Below are positions 10,013 to 19,309 of a DNA stretch of 64,000 bases, in pieces. A program made the position numbers and the translations under genes. Under the pieces are notes generated by a model. That model had not been told where the DNA came from and searched no databases. It saw only the letters and a list, made by a program, of their open reading frames with translations. How positions within the stretch are numbered: the stretch's first letter is position 1; every line of letters starts with the position of its first letter. This DNA is from Ignavibacteriales bacterium (lineage in GTDB: Bacteria; Bacteroidota; Ignavibacteria; UBA10030): assembly GCA_016194505.1 (NCBI GenBank), contig JACQBK010000016.1:5654-69653 (forward strand). The letters run 5' to 3'.

Positions 10013-10387
10013 ATGCTCAAAACCGCCTCAAACCTTTATCTATTAAACGCCACCCTTCTTATCACGCACGAGATAGACTCCGCATACTGGAAGGAGTGGG
10101 AGCTGTTCGGGATCCCCGGCGGCATACAACTCTTTCTGATACTGAATTTTTTGCTCCTGCTCGCGTTTCTCTTCGGATACAAACAGTTGCTGCTGGGGAC
10201 AAAAAGTGGTTATATATTTTCTCTTGCATTGGCTTTTGGGGGTATCTTTGCCTTTGTTATTCACACGTATTTTATACTCGCGGGACATGCCGAGTTCACA
10301 CCGCCCATTTCGCTGGTGATCCTTATCGCTACGCTGATCGTATCGCTTGCGCAGGGATTGGTTGCGCTTAAATCGTTACGAACTTAA
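10013..10387 (+). CDS. Hypothetical small integral membrane protein
   Basis: 124 aa with 4 predicted TM helices. Confidence 0.45.
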   Translation: MLKTASNLYLLNATLLITHEIDSAYWKEWELFGIPGGIQLFLILNFLLLLAFLFGYKQLLLGTKSGYIFSLALAFGGIFAFVIHTYFILAGHAEFTPPISLVILIATLIVSLAQGLVALKSLRT

Positions 10388-10404
10388 AAAAAATAGAATG
10401 ATAT

Positions 10405-10608
10405 GTCATTGCGAGGAGTCCCGACCTGTCCCGATGTTTTTTATCGGGGAGGGACGACGAAGCAATCCCACCTGCCCCGTGTAGCGGGGTAAATCACTAA
10501 AAAAGGGATTGCCCGCCTGTCCCGCCATGCCTGCGGCAGGCAGGTTGTACGGGATCCCGAAAAACGGGATCGGCGGACAGGCTTCAGCAAAAAACGCTTC
10601 GCAATGAC
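10405..10608. repeat. ~200-bp multi-hairpin repeat element with 12-bp terminal inverted repeats (MITE/BIME-like). Shares its core with the elements at 14931-15147 and 55109-55155
   Basis: TIRs GTCATTGCGAGG...CTTCGCAATGAC. Internal hairpins are gtcccgat/atcgggga, ccccg-tgtag-cgggg, gcctgtcccgcc..ggcggacaggc and gatcccg-aaaaa-cgggatc. The 22-nt core ccatgcctgcggcaggcaggtt is identical to 14992-15013. Confidence 0.5.
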
Positions 10609-10700
10609 GCAAAAATTTTATTTTTCAGATGTCTCTACTTATTACGTTCTACAGTTAAATATGCGGCAAGTTTATGTATCAAGTAGTCCGAGGAGGATAA

Positions 10701-11156
10701 ATGAAATTCATTAGTCTGCTCTTTTCCGCATGGGTTTTTTCTCACAACATTATTGTAGCGCAAATAACTGAAGATGCAGCTATAAAGTATGCTCAGAAGA
10801 TTTCCGTAGCCAAACTTGATTCAACGTTGACCGGAAAGCCGCTTGCCGATTGGCTGCGAGGAATTGTGGGAAAGAACGCAACCATACATTGGGAACTGAA
10901 CGACTGCGGCGAGCAAACAGGCAATCCGGAAGTTGATGAGAAGCGTGATATACCAGCCTGTGTAGGTCTCGATGTGGATTTAATGGATGGGCGTAAGGTG
11001 AGCATGGCAATTCTTATCGGTACCTATAAGAAGGGCATTTTCGGCTCCCCTGAAATTTATGACATCTTCATAGATTCTAACGATGGATATCATTCGATAA
11101 AGCGACTGAGCGAGTTTGAAAAAATTCTACGGCACAAAATGAAAATAAAAGAATAA
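10701..11156 (+). CDS. Hypothetical secreted protein
   Basis: N-terminal signal peptide MKFISLLFSAWVFSHNIIVAQ. No recognisable domain. Confidence 0.45.
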   Translation: MKFISLLFSAWVFSHNIIVAQITEDAAIKYAQKISVAKLDSTLTGKPLADWLRGIVGKNATIHWELNDCGEQTGNPEVDEKRDIPACVGLDVDLMDGRKVSMAILIGTYKKGIFGSPEIYDIFIDSNDGYHSIKRLSEFEKILRHKMKIKE

Positions 11157-11209
11157 TCAATAACTTTAAAAGATTTTAGAATGACTTTTTTCTTTTATCG
11201 TTTTAGCTC

Positions 11210-12145
11210 ATGCCCGAACTCCCCGACGTAACAATTTATATCGAAAGCCTGCAAGCGCGACTTTTTAACCAACCGCTGCAAAACATACGCATCTCCAGTC
11301 CGTTTCTTGTGCGGAGTGTTGAGCCGCCTATTGAATCGGCAAAGGGAAAGAAAGTGATTGGATTTCATAGAATTGGCAAACGGATTGTTTGGAAACTCGA
11401 AGGCGATTTGTATTTGATCTTCCATTTGATGATTGCAGGAAGATTTCACTGGAAAAAATCGGGGGCAAAGCCTGCTGGAAAAATCGGGCTTGCAGCATTT
11501 GACTTTCCCAACGGAACGTTACTCCTCACCGAGGCAAGCACAAAAAAGCGGGCATCGCTCCATCTCGTACGAGGCAAAACAGCATTAGCGGTGTTTAACC
11601 GCGGCGGATTGGAAGTGTTCACTGCAACGTTGGGTGATTTCCGCTCCGCTCTTCTCAGAGAAAACCATACGCTCAAGCGCTCGCTCACCGACCCGCGCCT
11701 GTTCAGTGCAATCGGTAACGCCTACTCGGATGAAATTCTCCATCGCGCCCGCCTCTCCCCTTTGCGGCAAACCAAACAGCTAACAGACGAGGAAATCTCG
11801 CGATTGCATCAAGCAACTCAAGAGACACTCAGGGAATGGATCGAGAGACTTCGGCAGGAAAATGGGAACAGTTTTCCTGAAAAAGTTACCGCCTTCCACA
11901 AAGAAATGGCTGTGCATGGAAAATTTGGGAAACCATGTCCGGTGTGCGGCTCTAAAATCCAGCGGATCGTCTATGCGGAAAACGAATGCAATTACTGTCC
12001 ACGCTGCCAAACGGGGGGAAAGCTTTTGGCGGACAGGTCTCTTTCCCGGCTTTTGAAAGACGACTGGCCCAAAACGATTGAGGAGTTGGAAAACCTAAAA
12101 AAATTTAACCACCAAGGCACAGAGAACACCAAGAAAAATTTTTAA
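11210..12145 (+). CDS. mutM: Formamidopyrimidine-DNA glycosylase / Nei family (Fpg/MutM)
   Basis: Starts MPELPDV (catalytic Pro2, Glu3), H2TH region, C-terminal [13 protein letters not shown] zinc finger, with an extra C-terminal tail. Confidence 0.8.
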   Translation: MPELPDVTIYIESLQARLFNQPLQNIRISSPFLVRSVEPPIESAKGKKVIGFHRIGKRIVWKLEGDLYLIFHLMIAGRFHWKKSGAKPAGKIGLAAFDFPNGTLLLTEASTKKRASLHLVRGKTALAVFNRGGLEVFTATLGDFRSALLRENHTLKRSLTDPRLFSAIGNAYSDEILHRARLSPLRQTKQLTDEEISRLHQATQETLREWIERLRQENGNSFPEKVTAFHKEMAVHGKFGKPCPVCGSKIQRIVYAENECNYCPRCQTGGKLLADRSLSRLLKDDWPKTIEELENLKKFNHQGTENTKKNF

Positions 12146-12256
12146 AAAAATAGAACACGGGAGATCGGGAGTTTCTTTCAACCCCTTAGTGTCTTGACGG
12201 TTCACCATTTCTTTATTCTTGCATTTTATTGAACATTCTCTATCTTTCTTCACATT

Positions 12257-12727
12257 ATGCTTAACTTCGCTCAAGCGACTTCGCAAGAACAAATTAACCT
12301 CGCACGGGAACTGTTCCTCGAGTATGCCGCTTCACTCAAGATAGATTTGTGCTTTCAAGGCTTCGATGAAGAACTGAAAGAGCTACCGGGCGAGTATGCG
12401 CCCCCACACGGCAGACTCTTTCTTTTCTCCTACGATAGCCAATTGGCAGGATGCGGGGCTCTCAGGAAACAGGACGAGGGCATCGGCGAGATGAAACGAT
12501 TATACTTGAAACCCGCATTCCGTGGCAAAGGACTCGGGAGAGCGATGACAATGCACCTTATCAACGAAGCGCGCGCTATCGGCTACAAAAGCGTCAGGTT
12601 AGATACGCTCCCGATGATGAGAGAAGCAATTTCGTTGTACCGTTCGCTTGGGTTCCGGGAAATCGAGCCATATCGCCTCAACCCCATTGTCGGAGCGTTG
12701 TATATGGAACTTGAACTTACTCAATAA
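12257..12727 (+). CDS. GNAT family N-acetyltransferase
   Basis: Motif A region [25 protein letters not shown] (Q/RxxGxG/A). 156 aa. Confidence 0.75.
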   Translation: MLNFAQATSQEQINLARELFLEYAASLKIDLCFQGFDEELKELPGEYAPPHGRLFLFSYDSQLAGCGALRKQDEGIGEMKRLYLKPAFRGKGLGRAMTMHLINEARAIGYKSVRLDTLPMMREAISLYRSLGFREIEPYRLNPIVGALYMELELTQ

Positions 12728-12744
12728 CGTTTTCCCAAAGAAGA

Positions 12745-14307
12745 ATGACATCAAAAACAATCGGGCTGATTCTTGGCGCATTGTGTTTTATTCTCATACT
12801 CGTGTTGCCGACGTTTGAGACATTCCTTTCTTCCTCAGAACAATTTATTCTTCAGCACCAATTAAACATTTCCGCTTCCCAACTTGCAGGCTCTATGCAG
12901 GCTGTTTTCGCGTTGCTTGCGTTAATGGTCATCTGGTGGATTACGGAAGCCATTCCTTTACCCGCCACCGCCTTGCTTCCCGCTGTTCTGCTGCCGCTGT
13001 TTCATATTATAGGAGTGCAAGGAACGACTATCACCGAGTTTACGTTTAAAAATGTTCTCCTCAATTATTCCAATCCCGTCATTTTCCTTTTCCTTGGAGG
13101 ATTTCTCATTGCGGCGGCAATGCAAAAGTGGAAACTCGATCAACGCTTGACGCTCTGGATGTTGACACGTGGCTCTTTGGCAAATAATTCCCATTTGATA
13201 GTATTGGGCATGATGGCGGTAACGGCGTTCCTTTCGATGTGGATTTCCAACACCGCAACCGCGGCAATGATGCTGCCGCTTGGGCTTGGAATACTTTCTT
13301 TGATGGGGTTAAGGCCGGGAGAATCCCGTTTCGGAACCGCGCTGATGCTTGGCATTGCATGGGCGGCTTCAATCGGTGGCGTAGGAACAATCATCGGAAC
13401 GCCGCCAAATGGCATTGCACTCGGGATATTAAACACCACATTCGCAACCGATCCTTCGTATCATCGCATTACATTCCTCGATTGGATGGCGTTCGGTATA
13501 CCGTATGTTATAATCTTTATTCCGGTAGCGTGGTTTATTTTGCTCAAACTACACCCGCCGGAAATTACCACAGTGAGCGGCGGCAAGGAGAAGTTGTTGT
13601 CCGAGCGTGCAGCTCTCGGTCCGATGAATATTGGTGAGCAATTGACAATCGTGATGTTCCTATTTGCTGTCGTGCTGTGGATATCCAACCCCTTTTGGGA
13701 TTTTTTGCTCCCCTCATCACTTGCAATACGATTATCATGGATTGATGAATACGCCATAGGCCTTTTGGTTGGAACGCTGTTGTTTATCATTCCGGTTGAT
13801 ATTAAAAAAGGAGTTTTTGTCCTTGACTGGCGGGACACAAAATTCGTGGACTGGGGGACGCTCATTCTCTTTGGGGGCGGGATCGCGCTTTCGGACGCGA
13901 TGTTCAAAACAGGGCTTGCCTCGTGGATTGCAACTTCGTTCGTGGCGTTGCTCGGCACGCCCTCCACGCTCGCAATGATGTTCGCGGTGGTTTTCCTGAT
14001 TGATTTTTTGACAGAAGTAACATCCAATACCGCTGTTACATCAATGATCGTTCCCGTCGTTATCTCTATAGCCGTCCGAACGGGCGAAAATCCAATAACG
14101 CTTTCCATAGCAGCAGCCATTGCCGCTTCGATGGCATTTATGTTGCCGGTGGCAACTCCTCCGAACGCTCTTGTCTATGCGACCGGCTATATCCGGCTTA
14201 AGGATATGGTAAAAGCGGGATTTGTTCTTGACATCGTCGGCTGGTTATTAACGGTAGGAATACTTATTGTCTTCGGCAGTTGGATATTCGGTGTGATAAA
14301 GTTTTAA
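12745..14307 (+). CDS. DASS/SLC13 family Na+-coupled anion (di/tricarboxylate or sulfate) symporter
   Basis: Two hallmark re-entrant loop motifs, IGTPPNGIALG and VATPPNALVYATG. Many TM helices; 520 aa. Confidence 0.8.
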   Translation: MTSKTIGLILGALCFILILVLPTFETFLSSSEQFILQHQLNISASQLAGSMQAVFALLALMVIWWITEAIPLPATALLPAVLLPLFHIIGVQGTTITEFTFKNVLLNYSNPVIFLFLGGFLIAAAMQKWKLDQRLTLWMLTRGSLANNSHLIVLGMMAVTAFLSMWISNTATAAMMLPLGLGILSLMGLRPGESRFGTALMLGIAWAASIGGVGTIIGTPPNGIALGILNTTFATDPSYHRITFLDWMAFGIPYVIIFIPVAWFILLKLHPPEITTVSGGKEKLLSERAALGPMNIGEQLTIVMFLFAVVLWISNPFWDFLLPSSLAIRLSWIDEYAIGLLVGTLLFIIPVDIKKGVFVLDWRDTKFVDWGTLILFGGGIALSDAMFKTGLASWIATSFVALLGTPSTLAMMFAVVFLIDFLTEVTSNTAVTSMIVPVVISIAVRTGENPITLSIAAAIAASMAFMLPVATPPNALVYATGYIRLKDMVKAGFVLDIVGWLLTVGILIVFGSWIFGVIKF

Positions 14308-14342
14308 GGGAATAACCGAAATTATATTCCGCGTGCGAAAAT

Positions 14343-14888
14343 TTATTTATCAGGATTCTCTTCATCGTACTCCCATTGTACCACATTGTTGATGATGTAT
14401 TCATTGATACGCCTCAAATCATCTTCATTGCGAATGACATGTTCCCAGTAATTACGTTGCCAAACAGGTATGCGAGGCGTGTTGCGCAACTGATTGACAC
14501 GTTTTGTGACTGCGGATTTAAACAATCGAACGATGGTAGGAATGGAATTTGATGTTGGTTTTCCAAATTGTTCGTTTGTAGGGGCACGTTGCAACGTGCC
14601 CCTACTATTATTTATTAAGATTATTACGCCGTGAAAATGGTTTGGCATAATAACAAACTCACCTAGCTCTATATCGGGACGAATGATCGGTGTTTTTAGC
14701 CATTCATCTTTTACAATGTTACCGACATCACTCAATATCATTTTCCCACCAACAATTTCTCCAAACACACATTGTTTATTAAATGTGCAAATCGTTATGT
14801 AATATCCACCTTCTTGAGAATAATCATATTTTCTTAATCGAATAGAGCGGCGTTGACGGGCGATTGAATATTTATTCATCAAACACAA
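14343..14888 (-). CDS. IS200/IS605-family HuH Y1 transposase of the REP-associated tyrosine transposase (RAYT) type
   Basis: HuH motif MPNHFHGVI and catalytic-Tyr motif WQRNYWEHVIRNEDD, compare E. coli RAYT ..PEHMHCIW.. and ..QPRFWEHAIRN.. as recalled from memory. A REP/BIME-like element lies 43 nt upstream. Confidence 0.75.
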   Translation of the reverse strand: MCLMNKYSIARQRRSIRLRKYDYSQEGGYYITICTFNKQCVFGEIVGGKMILSDVGNIVKDEWLKTPIIRPDIELGEFVIMPNHFHGVIILINNSRGTLQRAPTNEQFGKPTSNSIPTIVRLFKSAVTKRVNQLRNTPRIPVWQRNYWEHVIRNEDDLRRINEYIINNVVQWEYDEENPDK

Positions 14889-14930
14889 GGAAATTTTATC
14901 TCTTGTTGAATTGTTTTAATTAGAAGCCAT

Positions 14931-15147
14931 CTCAAAAACTATAGTCAAGGCTAAAGCCCTGTTTGTTTTTGAGCTTCCCCCGACCTATCCCGCCATGCCT
15001 GCGGCAGGCAGGTTTTACGGTTCCGTTCTTTGGAATCCCGCACTAAGAACGGAATCCAAAAAGCGGGAGATGCTGAAAAGCGCAAAGGTCGGGGTTATTA
15101 AGATACCTCTCTAGCCAAAGTTATAACTACGTCCTTTAGGACGTAGA
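14931..15147. repeat. REP/BIME-like multi-hairpin repeat (copy A), immediately upstream of the RAYT gene. Paralogous to 48958-49147
   Basis: Starts ctcaaaaactat.. like copy B. It contains a gggctaaagccc hairpin, the gcctgcggcaggc hairpin and ccccgacct...aggtcgggg inverted repeats. The ~95-nt core (..ggttccgttctttggaatcccgc..gaacggaatccaaa.agcgggagatgctgaaaagcgcaaaggtcggggtt) is near-identical to copy B. The terminal hairpin is ctacgtcc-ttta-ggacgtag. Confidence 0.55.
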
Positions 15148-15247
15148 CACAATCCAGAACAATTCGAGGGTTTCAACCCTGAAAAAAAACATAAATCATT
15201 TTTGAGATAGCTTCTACGTAAATTCTTTCACTCCGGTAAGCGTTTAT

Positions 15248-16171
15248 CTAAAACGTCAATGTTGCGGTTGCGGTAGGGACAAATTCAACGAAGCCGTACG
15301 GTCGCAGTGTAGGTTTGAGATGCGCTTCAAGTTTCAATTGCTGGTTGAATTGCGTGGCGCTCCACGCGGCATCAAGCGCGCTTAAGATGTGGTTCGCCAC
15401 AAGCACGGAAGCGGATGTGCTCGCTATGTTAAAGAAATCATTCGCTTTGCCGCGCATAGCCGAATACTCAAGAAAGCGCGGAGAAACATTGCTCGTAATA
15501 ATATCTGAAGGCGTGATGTTTCCATCATCCCATCCGCCCGCGAATTGCGGATATTTTCCAATCAGCTCGTAATATTGTTGTTCCGGTCGCCGCGGCAAGC
15601 GGTGAGTAAAACCATTGCCGCTTTTTTTTGCAATTTGATCTTCGGCAGCATTTAACTTTGCCCAGTCAACACGCTCCCATGGCGGCTGGCTGCCACTGCC
15701 TGTTACAAGTCCCGAGAAGCCGCCAGCGTCAGGGTTCAACTGCCCGCCGTACTTCTCAATCCATTGAGCATAGAGAACAACCGACCAGTGCTCGTCGGCA
15801 TAGTTTTGGAAAAAATCCGTCTGGTTATTTCCTTTTGACGTGTAGGCGGCGTACACGATCCACAAAGCGACCTCAGCCGCCAAAAATCCTCCCGCCCTCC
15901 AATAGTTTTGAGTATACAATTCGCCCGTACCGGGAATAGCGGCGGAAAACAACCCTGCCAGCAACGGCGATTTTTTTTGTTCGTCATACTGAGAAAGCGT
16001 GCCCTTAAGAGAATCAAGAGATCCCCATTCAAACCCCGCCATCAAATCAGCTCGTAGGTTACCCGTAAGCTGAAAAGCTTTTATCCCCTCGCTTTGAGCA
16101 AATCTCATCTGCCCGATTGCCGCGGCAGGCAACAGCATAACCATCATCACTACAACACGTGAAGCGCGCAT
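15248..16171 (-). CDS. DUF5683-like hypothetical outer-membrane/secreted protein
   Basis: Signal peptide from M17 (MRASRVVVMMVMLLPAAAIGQ). The segment SPLLAGLFSAAIPGTGELYTQNYWRAGGFLAAEVALW resembles the DUF5683 core. The C-terminal ..ATATLTF is beta-barrel-like. Confidence 0.45.
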   Translation of the reverse strand: MRASRVVVMMVMLLPAAAIGQMRFAQSEGIKAFQLTGNLRADLMAGFEWGSLDSLKGTLSQYDEQKKSPLLAGLFSAAIPGTGELYTQNYWRAGGFLAAEVALWIVYAAYTSKGNNQTDFFQNYADEHWSVVLYAQWIEKYGGQLNPDAGGFSGLVTGSGSQPPWERVDWAKLNAAEDQIAKKSGNGFTHRLPRRPEQQYYELIGKYPQFAGGWDDGNITPSDIITSNVSPRFLEYSAMRGKANDFFNIASTSASVLVANHILSALDAAWSATQFNQQLKLEAHLKPTLRPYGFVEFVPTATATLTF

Positions 16172-16184
16172 GATCGCTCTCTTT

Positions 16185-19100
16185 CTATTCTCCTGTATGC
16201 ACCGCGTTTCTAAAAACATTACTCACCTGATTCAATTCAAACCCAAAGAGCACTCCTAAATAAAATCGCCATTCTTTTCCGTACGATACATCCACGTTGT
16301 TGAATGTTTTGTTGAACCGGTCGAAGCCGTACGCTCCGCTGAAAAAAATACGCGTAGGATATTGATAAAACGAAAATGCTTCGAGGCGAAGCTCGAACCC
16401 CGCATCGCTTTTCCAAGTGCTGAAAGATGGCGTTGCGCCCGTCCACGCTTCTCCGTAATCGCCGAAGACGGAGCCGTATAGTTTCGTGAAATAAAATTGG
16501 AACAGCCGAACATTGATGGAAGTCCAAATCGGAAAACGATACGTGGCATTGAACGTCGCCGCATTATTGCCGCCCAAGGCATAGAATGGATAGCCCCGCA
16601 TCCCGATAAATCCGCCGGCATAAAAATCGAAAAATCTATCCACTTCTTTCCCCAGAGTGCTATGCGCTTGCGCCGATAACGTAAGGGTATGTTTCGATAT
16701 GGGCAAGCCTATGTGCTCATTCCATTGAAGCTCGAGGCGATGAAAGCTGGGCTTGCTGTAACGAGGAACAAGGACACCACTTTGAATATCAAACTCACCT
16801 TCGGCGTTGAACTTATTTGTTTCATATGAATACTTCAATGAAAATGTCCGACCGATAGGGTTAATATCCTTATCAACGGATGGCTGAATACCTTCGTGAG
16901 TAAATTGGGCGGAAAAAACATTGCCTATGAGATATAAATTATCGAACGCGGGAGAAACTCCCACGGTGGGAATGAAAAAACCCCCGATGGCGGCGCTGTA
17001 ACGGCTGAGCGCGTACCCGATTCTTAGTTGGTTATGTTCACTAAAAATCTTTTGCCGCATCGTGACATCGAATTCAAGAAGGTTATAGGTTACGTCGGTT
17101 GGGATGCTATAATTTCGATCCGTATACACAGAGAGAGAGACATCCGTTTTGCGGGAAATGTTGTATAATTCCAACGAGACAACCGGCTCTAACCCAAGTT
17201 GATAGAGCAACGGAACTGCGTCCTTGTATTCAAACACAAAAAATAAATCCCGCTCTAAGCGCCGATTGATCGCCGCGCCACCGAACAGCGAAAACTTATC
17301 GAGCATATCGCTCGATGAAAAATAAAAGCCGGGACGAATAATATCTAAGCCAGTATTGTGAGGATTATAATTATCTACGCGCAAAAAGGGAATAACAGTA
17401 AGGCTGGTGAATACGTTCTTGTAGGGTTTCGAGTGTGATGAGACCGAATCTGGCAACGAGCGGACGATTGTAACCATTCTCGTCCCGTCCAATGCAGGCA
17501 CTTTGACCGAATTGTTCTCATTGAGGTTTTGACCGGCAGAAAAATAAGGTGTAGCTTCAACTTCCTTCGGGTTTTGTAAATAGGCAATCTTATAACCGCT
17601 GGATATATAGGAAGCGAACGCAAGCGCTCCATCAGAGTTGATGACGGGCAACAACGCTCCGCCTAGAACATTGGTAATTTGTTGTTTTGTTTTTGTCCCG
17701 ATTTCATAACGATAAATGTTAAATATCCCGCTCGCATCGGAAGCGTAGTAAATATATCTGCCATCGGGTGAAAAACCTGGGTTCCGCGAATCGCCATCGC
17801 GCACGAGTATTTCAAAGCGAGACCCATCTTCTGCAATTATCGCCACAGATTGATTATGTCCGACCGAATAACCGAACGCAATGAGTTTCCCGTCCGGCGA
17901 CCACGCAGGTGTGTACGATTGCTCGCCCTCCGTAAACTTTGTCACCTGTTTGACATTTTTTCCCTCCGCGTCCGCAATACCAATATTGACTGTGCCGTCA
18001 TGGCCGTATGCAAAGACGAGTTTCGTTCCATCGCGAGAAATGCCGGGGTTCCATGCGCGCAATCCATACGTCAGACGCTGTTCTTTTTTGGCGATAAGAT
18101 CGTATCGGTAAATATCGGAAAGCTTCGACCAATGGGGATTATCCCTGCTCAGTTTGGAATAATACACATAGCGCCCATCCGGTGAAAACGACAACGATGA
18201 CCTTGTGGTAATATCTAACTCCTGAGATTTTTTTGATTCAAGATCATAGAGATACACAGAGCTTAGACTGAAATAATCTTTGCCCTTGTTGGAGATGTAA
18301 GCAAGTTTTTTTCCATCCGGAGAAAATGCCGGATAAAAATTGCCAAAACCCTCCGGCTCGATTATTGCTCCTTCAACTCTTGCAGATGACATTGAGCTAA
18401 GCAGTTGTCGGTAGTGCTCCGTCTTGGCTTTTTTCCACTCTTGGTATAATTCTTCACCCGATTTTTCGAGAACGGCGGCGATCGCGCCATCCACCGTTGC
18501 TCGCGGCAATACGCTTAGTGCCTTAGAAATTTCACGAAGCTTATCCACGCCGTACGTTTCCGCAATATACTGCACGATAGAAAAGCCCGCATTGTACGAT
18601 GATTCGTTGCCGAGACTTGTCTTCCCGAACACCGACATTTCTTCCCACGTCAGCGGGTTACCATCGAGCATATACATCCTTAAAATCATATCACGGTGCG
18701 AATCCCAGTAATCATAATTGATGTCCGGATGATTATACTGGGCAACGCCTTCCGCAAGCCACGTCGGCACGACAAACGCTGAAAATGGGTACGAGGCAAT
18801 GACATTCGGATAGCCATACAGGACATCGGGGCGACGCTCGGCTTCATACCCCAACCATTGGAAATACACGGCGGGAAATTTTCTTCCCAGCTTCATCGCC
18901 GTTTGAATCTGGACAATATGAGTAAACTCGTGCGTTACCACATCTTTGAGCCACGGGTGGGTTCCGCGAAGCTCAAAATCAAGCGCAGGAGCCCAAATCT
19001 CGATTTTGTTATCATAAAAATATGCCGCCCCGTTTGAATAATCATCGTGGTCGCGAATAACGAAGCTGACTTTTTGATCCGGCTGATGCTGATACATTTC

Positions 19101-19301
19101 AGTAATAGGACCGTAGATTTCTTCGGCGATGACGGCTACTTCACGAGCCGTCCGTTCAGCGCCGTTGTGGAAATGCACGAGGAAGCGTGGGGTCTCAATT
19201 GTTTGCCAATTCAATTCGGGATGGGTGTATTCATCATCCTGAGCAACCGCATGACAAACGAAAAAGAATAAATAAAGAAAAAGTAGGGAGAGTGTTTTCA
19301 A
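16185..19301 (-). CDS. Large secreted multidomain protein: N-terminal HEXXH zinc-metallopeptidase-like domain, central TolB/PD40-like beta-propeller repeats, C-terminal Omp85/BamA-like beta-barrel
   Basis: Signal peptide, HEFTHIV motif, PD40-like repeats (..SPDGKKLAYISNKGKDYFS.., ..SPDGRYVYYS.., ..SRDGTKLVFAYGHDG.., ..SPDGKLIAFGYS.., ..SPDGRYIYYASDASGIFNIY..). The C-terminal 400 aa have alternating aromatic strands (..FELRLEAFSFYQYPTRIFFSGAYGFDRF..). Confidence 0.6.
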   Translation of the reverse strand: MKTLSLLFLYLFFFVCHAVAQDDEYTHPELNWQTIETPRFLVHFHNGAERTAREVAVIAEEIYGPITEMYQHQPDQKVSFVIRDHDDYSNGAAYFYDNKIEIWAPALDFELRGTHPWLKDVVTHEFTHIVQIQTAMKLGRKFPAVYFQWLGYEAERRPDVLYGYPNVIASYPFSAFVVPTWLAEGVAQYNHPDINYDYWDSHRDMILRMYMLDGNPLTWEEMSVFGKTSLGNESSYNAGFSIVQYIAETYGVDKLREISKALSVLPRATVDGAIAAVLEKSGEELYQEWKKAKTEHYRQLLSSMSSARVEGAIIEPEGFGNFYPAFSPDGKKLAYISNKGKDYFSLSSVYLYDLESKKSQELDITTRSSLSFSPDGRYVYYSKLSRDNPHWSKLSDIYRYDLIAKKEQRLTYGLRAWNPGISRDGTKLVFAYGHDGTVNIGIADAEGKNVKQVTKFTEGEQSYTPAWSPDGKLIAFGYSVGHNQSVAIIAEDGSRFEILVRDGDSRNPGFSPDGRYIYYASDASGIFNIYRYEIGTKTKQQITNVLGGALLPVINSDGALAFASYISSGYKIAYLQNPKEVEATPYFSAGQNLNENNSVKVPALDGTRMVTIVRSLPDSVSSHSKPYKNVFTSLTVIPFLRVDNYNPHNTGLDIIRPGFYFSSSDMLDKFSLFGGAAINRRLERDLFFVFEYKDAVPLLYQLGLEPVVSLELYNISRKTDVSLSVYTDRNYSIPTDVTYNLLEFDVTMRQKIFSEHNQLRIGYALSRYSAAIGGFFIPTVGVSPAFDNLYLIGNVFSAQFTHEGIQPSVDKDINPIGRTFSLKYSYETNKFNAEGEFDIQSGVLVPRYSKPSFHRLELQWNEHIGLPISKHTLTLSAQAHSTLGKEVDRFFDFYAGGFIGMRGYPFYALGGNNAATFNATYRFPIWTSINVRLFQFYFTKLYGSVFGDYGEAWTGATPSFSTWKSDAGFELRLEAFSFYQYPTRIFFSGAYGFDRFNKTFNNVDVSYGKEWRFYLGVLFGFELNQVSNVFRNAVHTGE

Positions 19302-19309
19302 GTAAATTT

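Noticed and set aside
14343-14888. Calling the RAYT a complete IS200/IS605 element
   Set aside because: No tnpB and no defined left/right IS ends are present. The flanking element is a REP/BIME-like structured repeat on one side only, so it is annotated as a RAYT rather than an IS.
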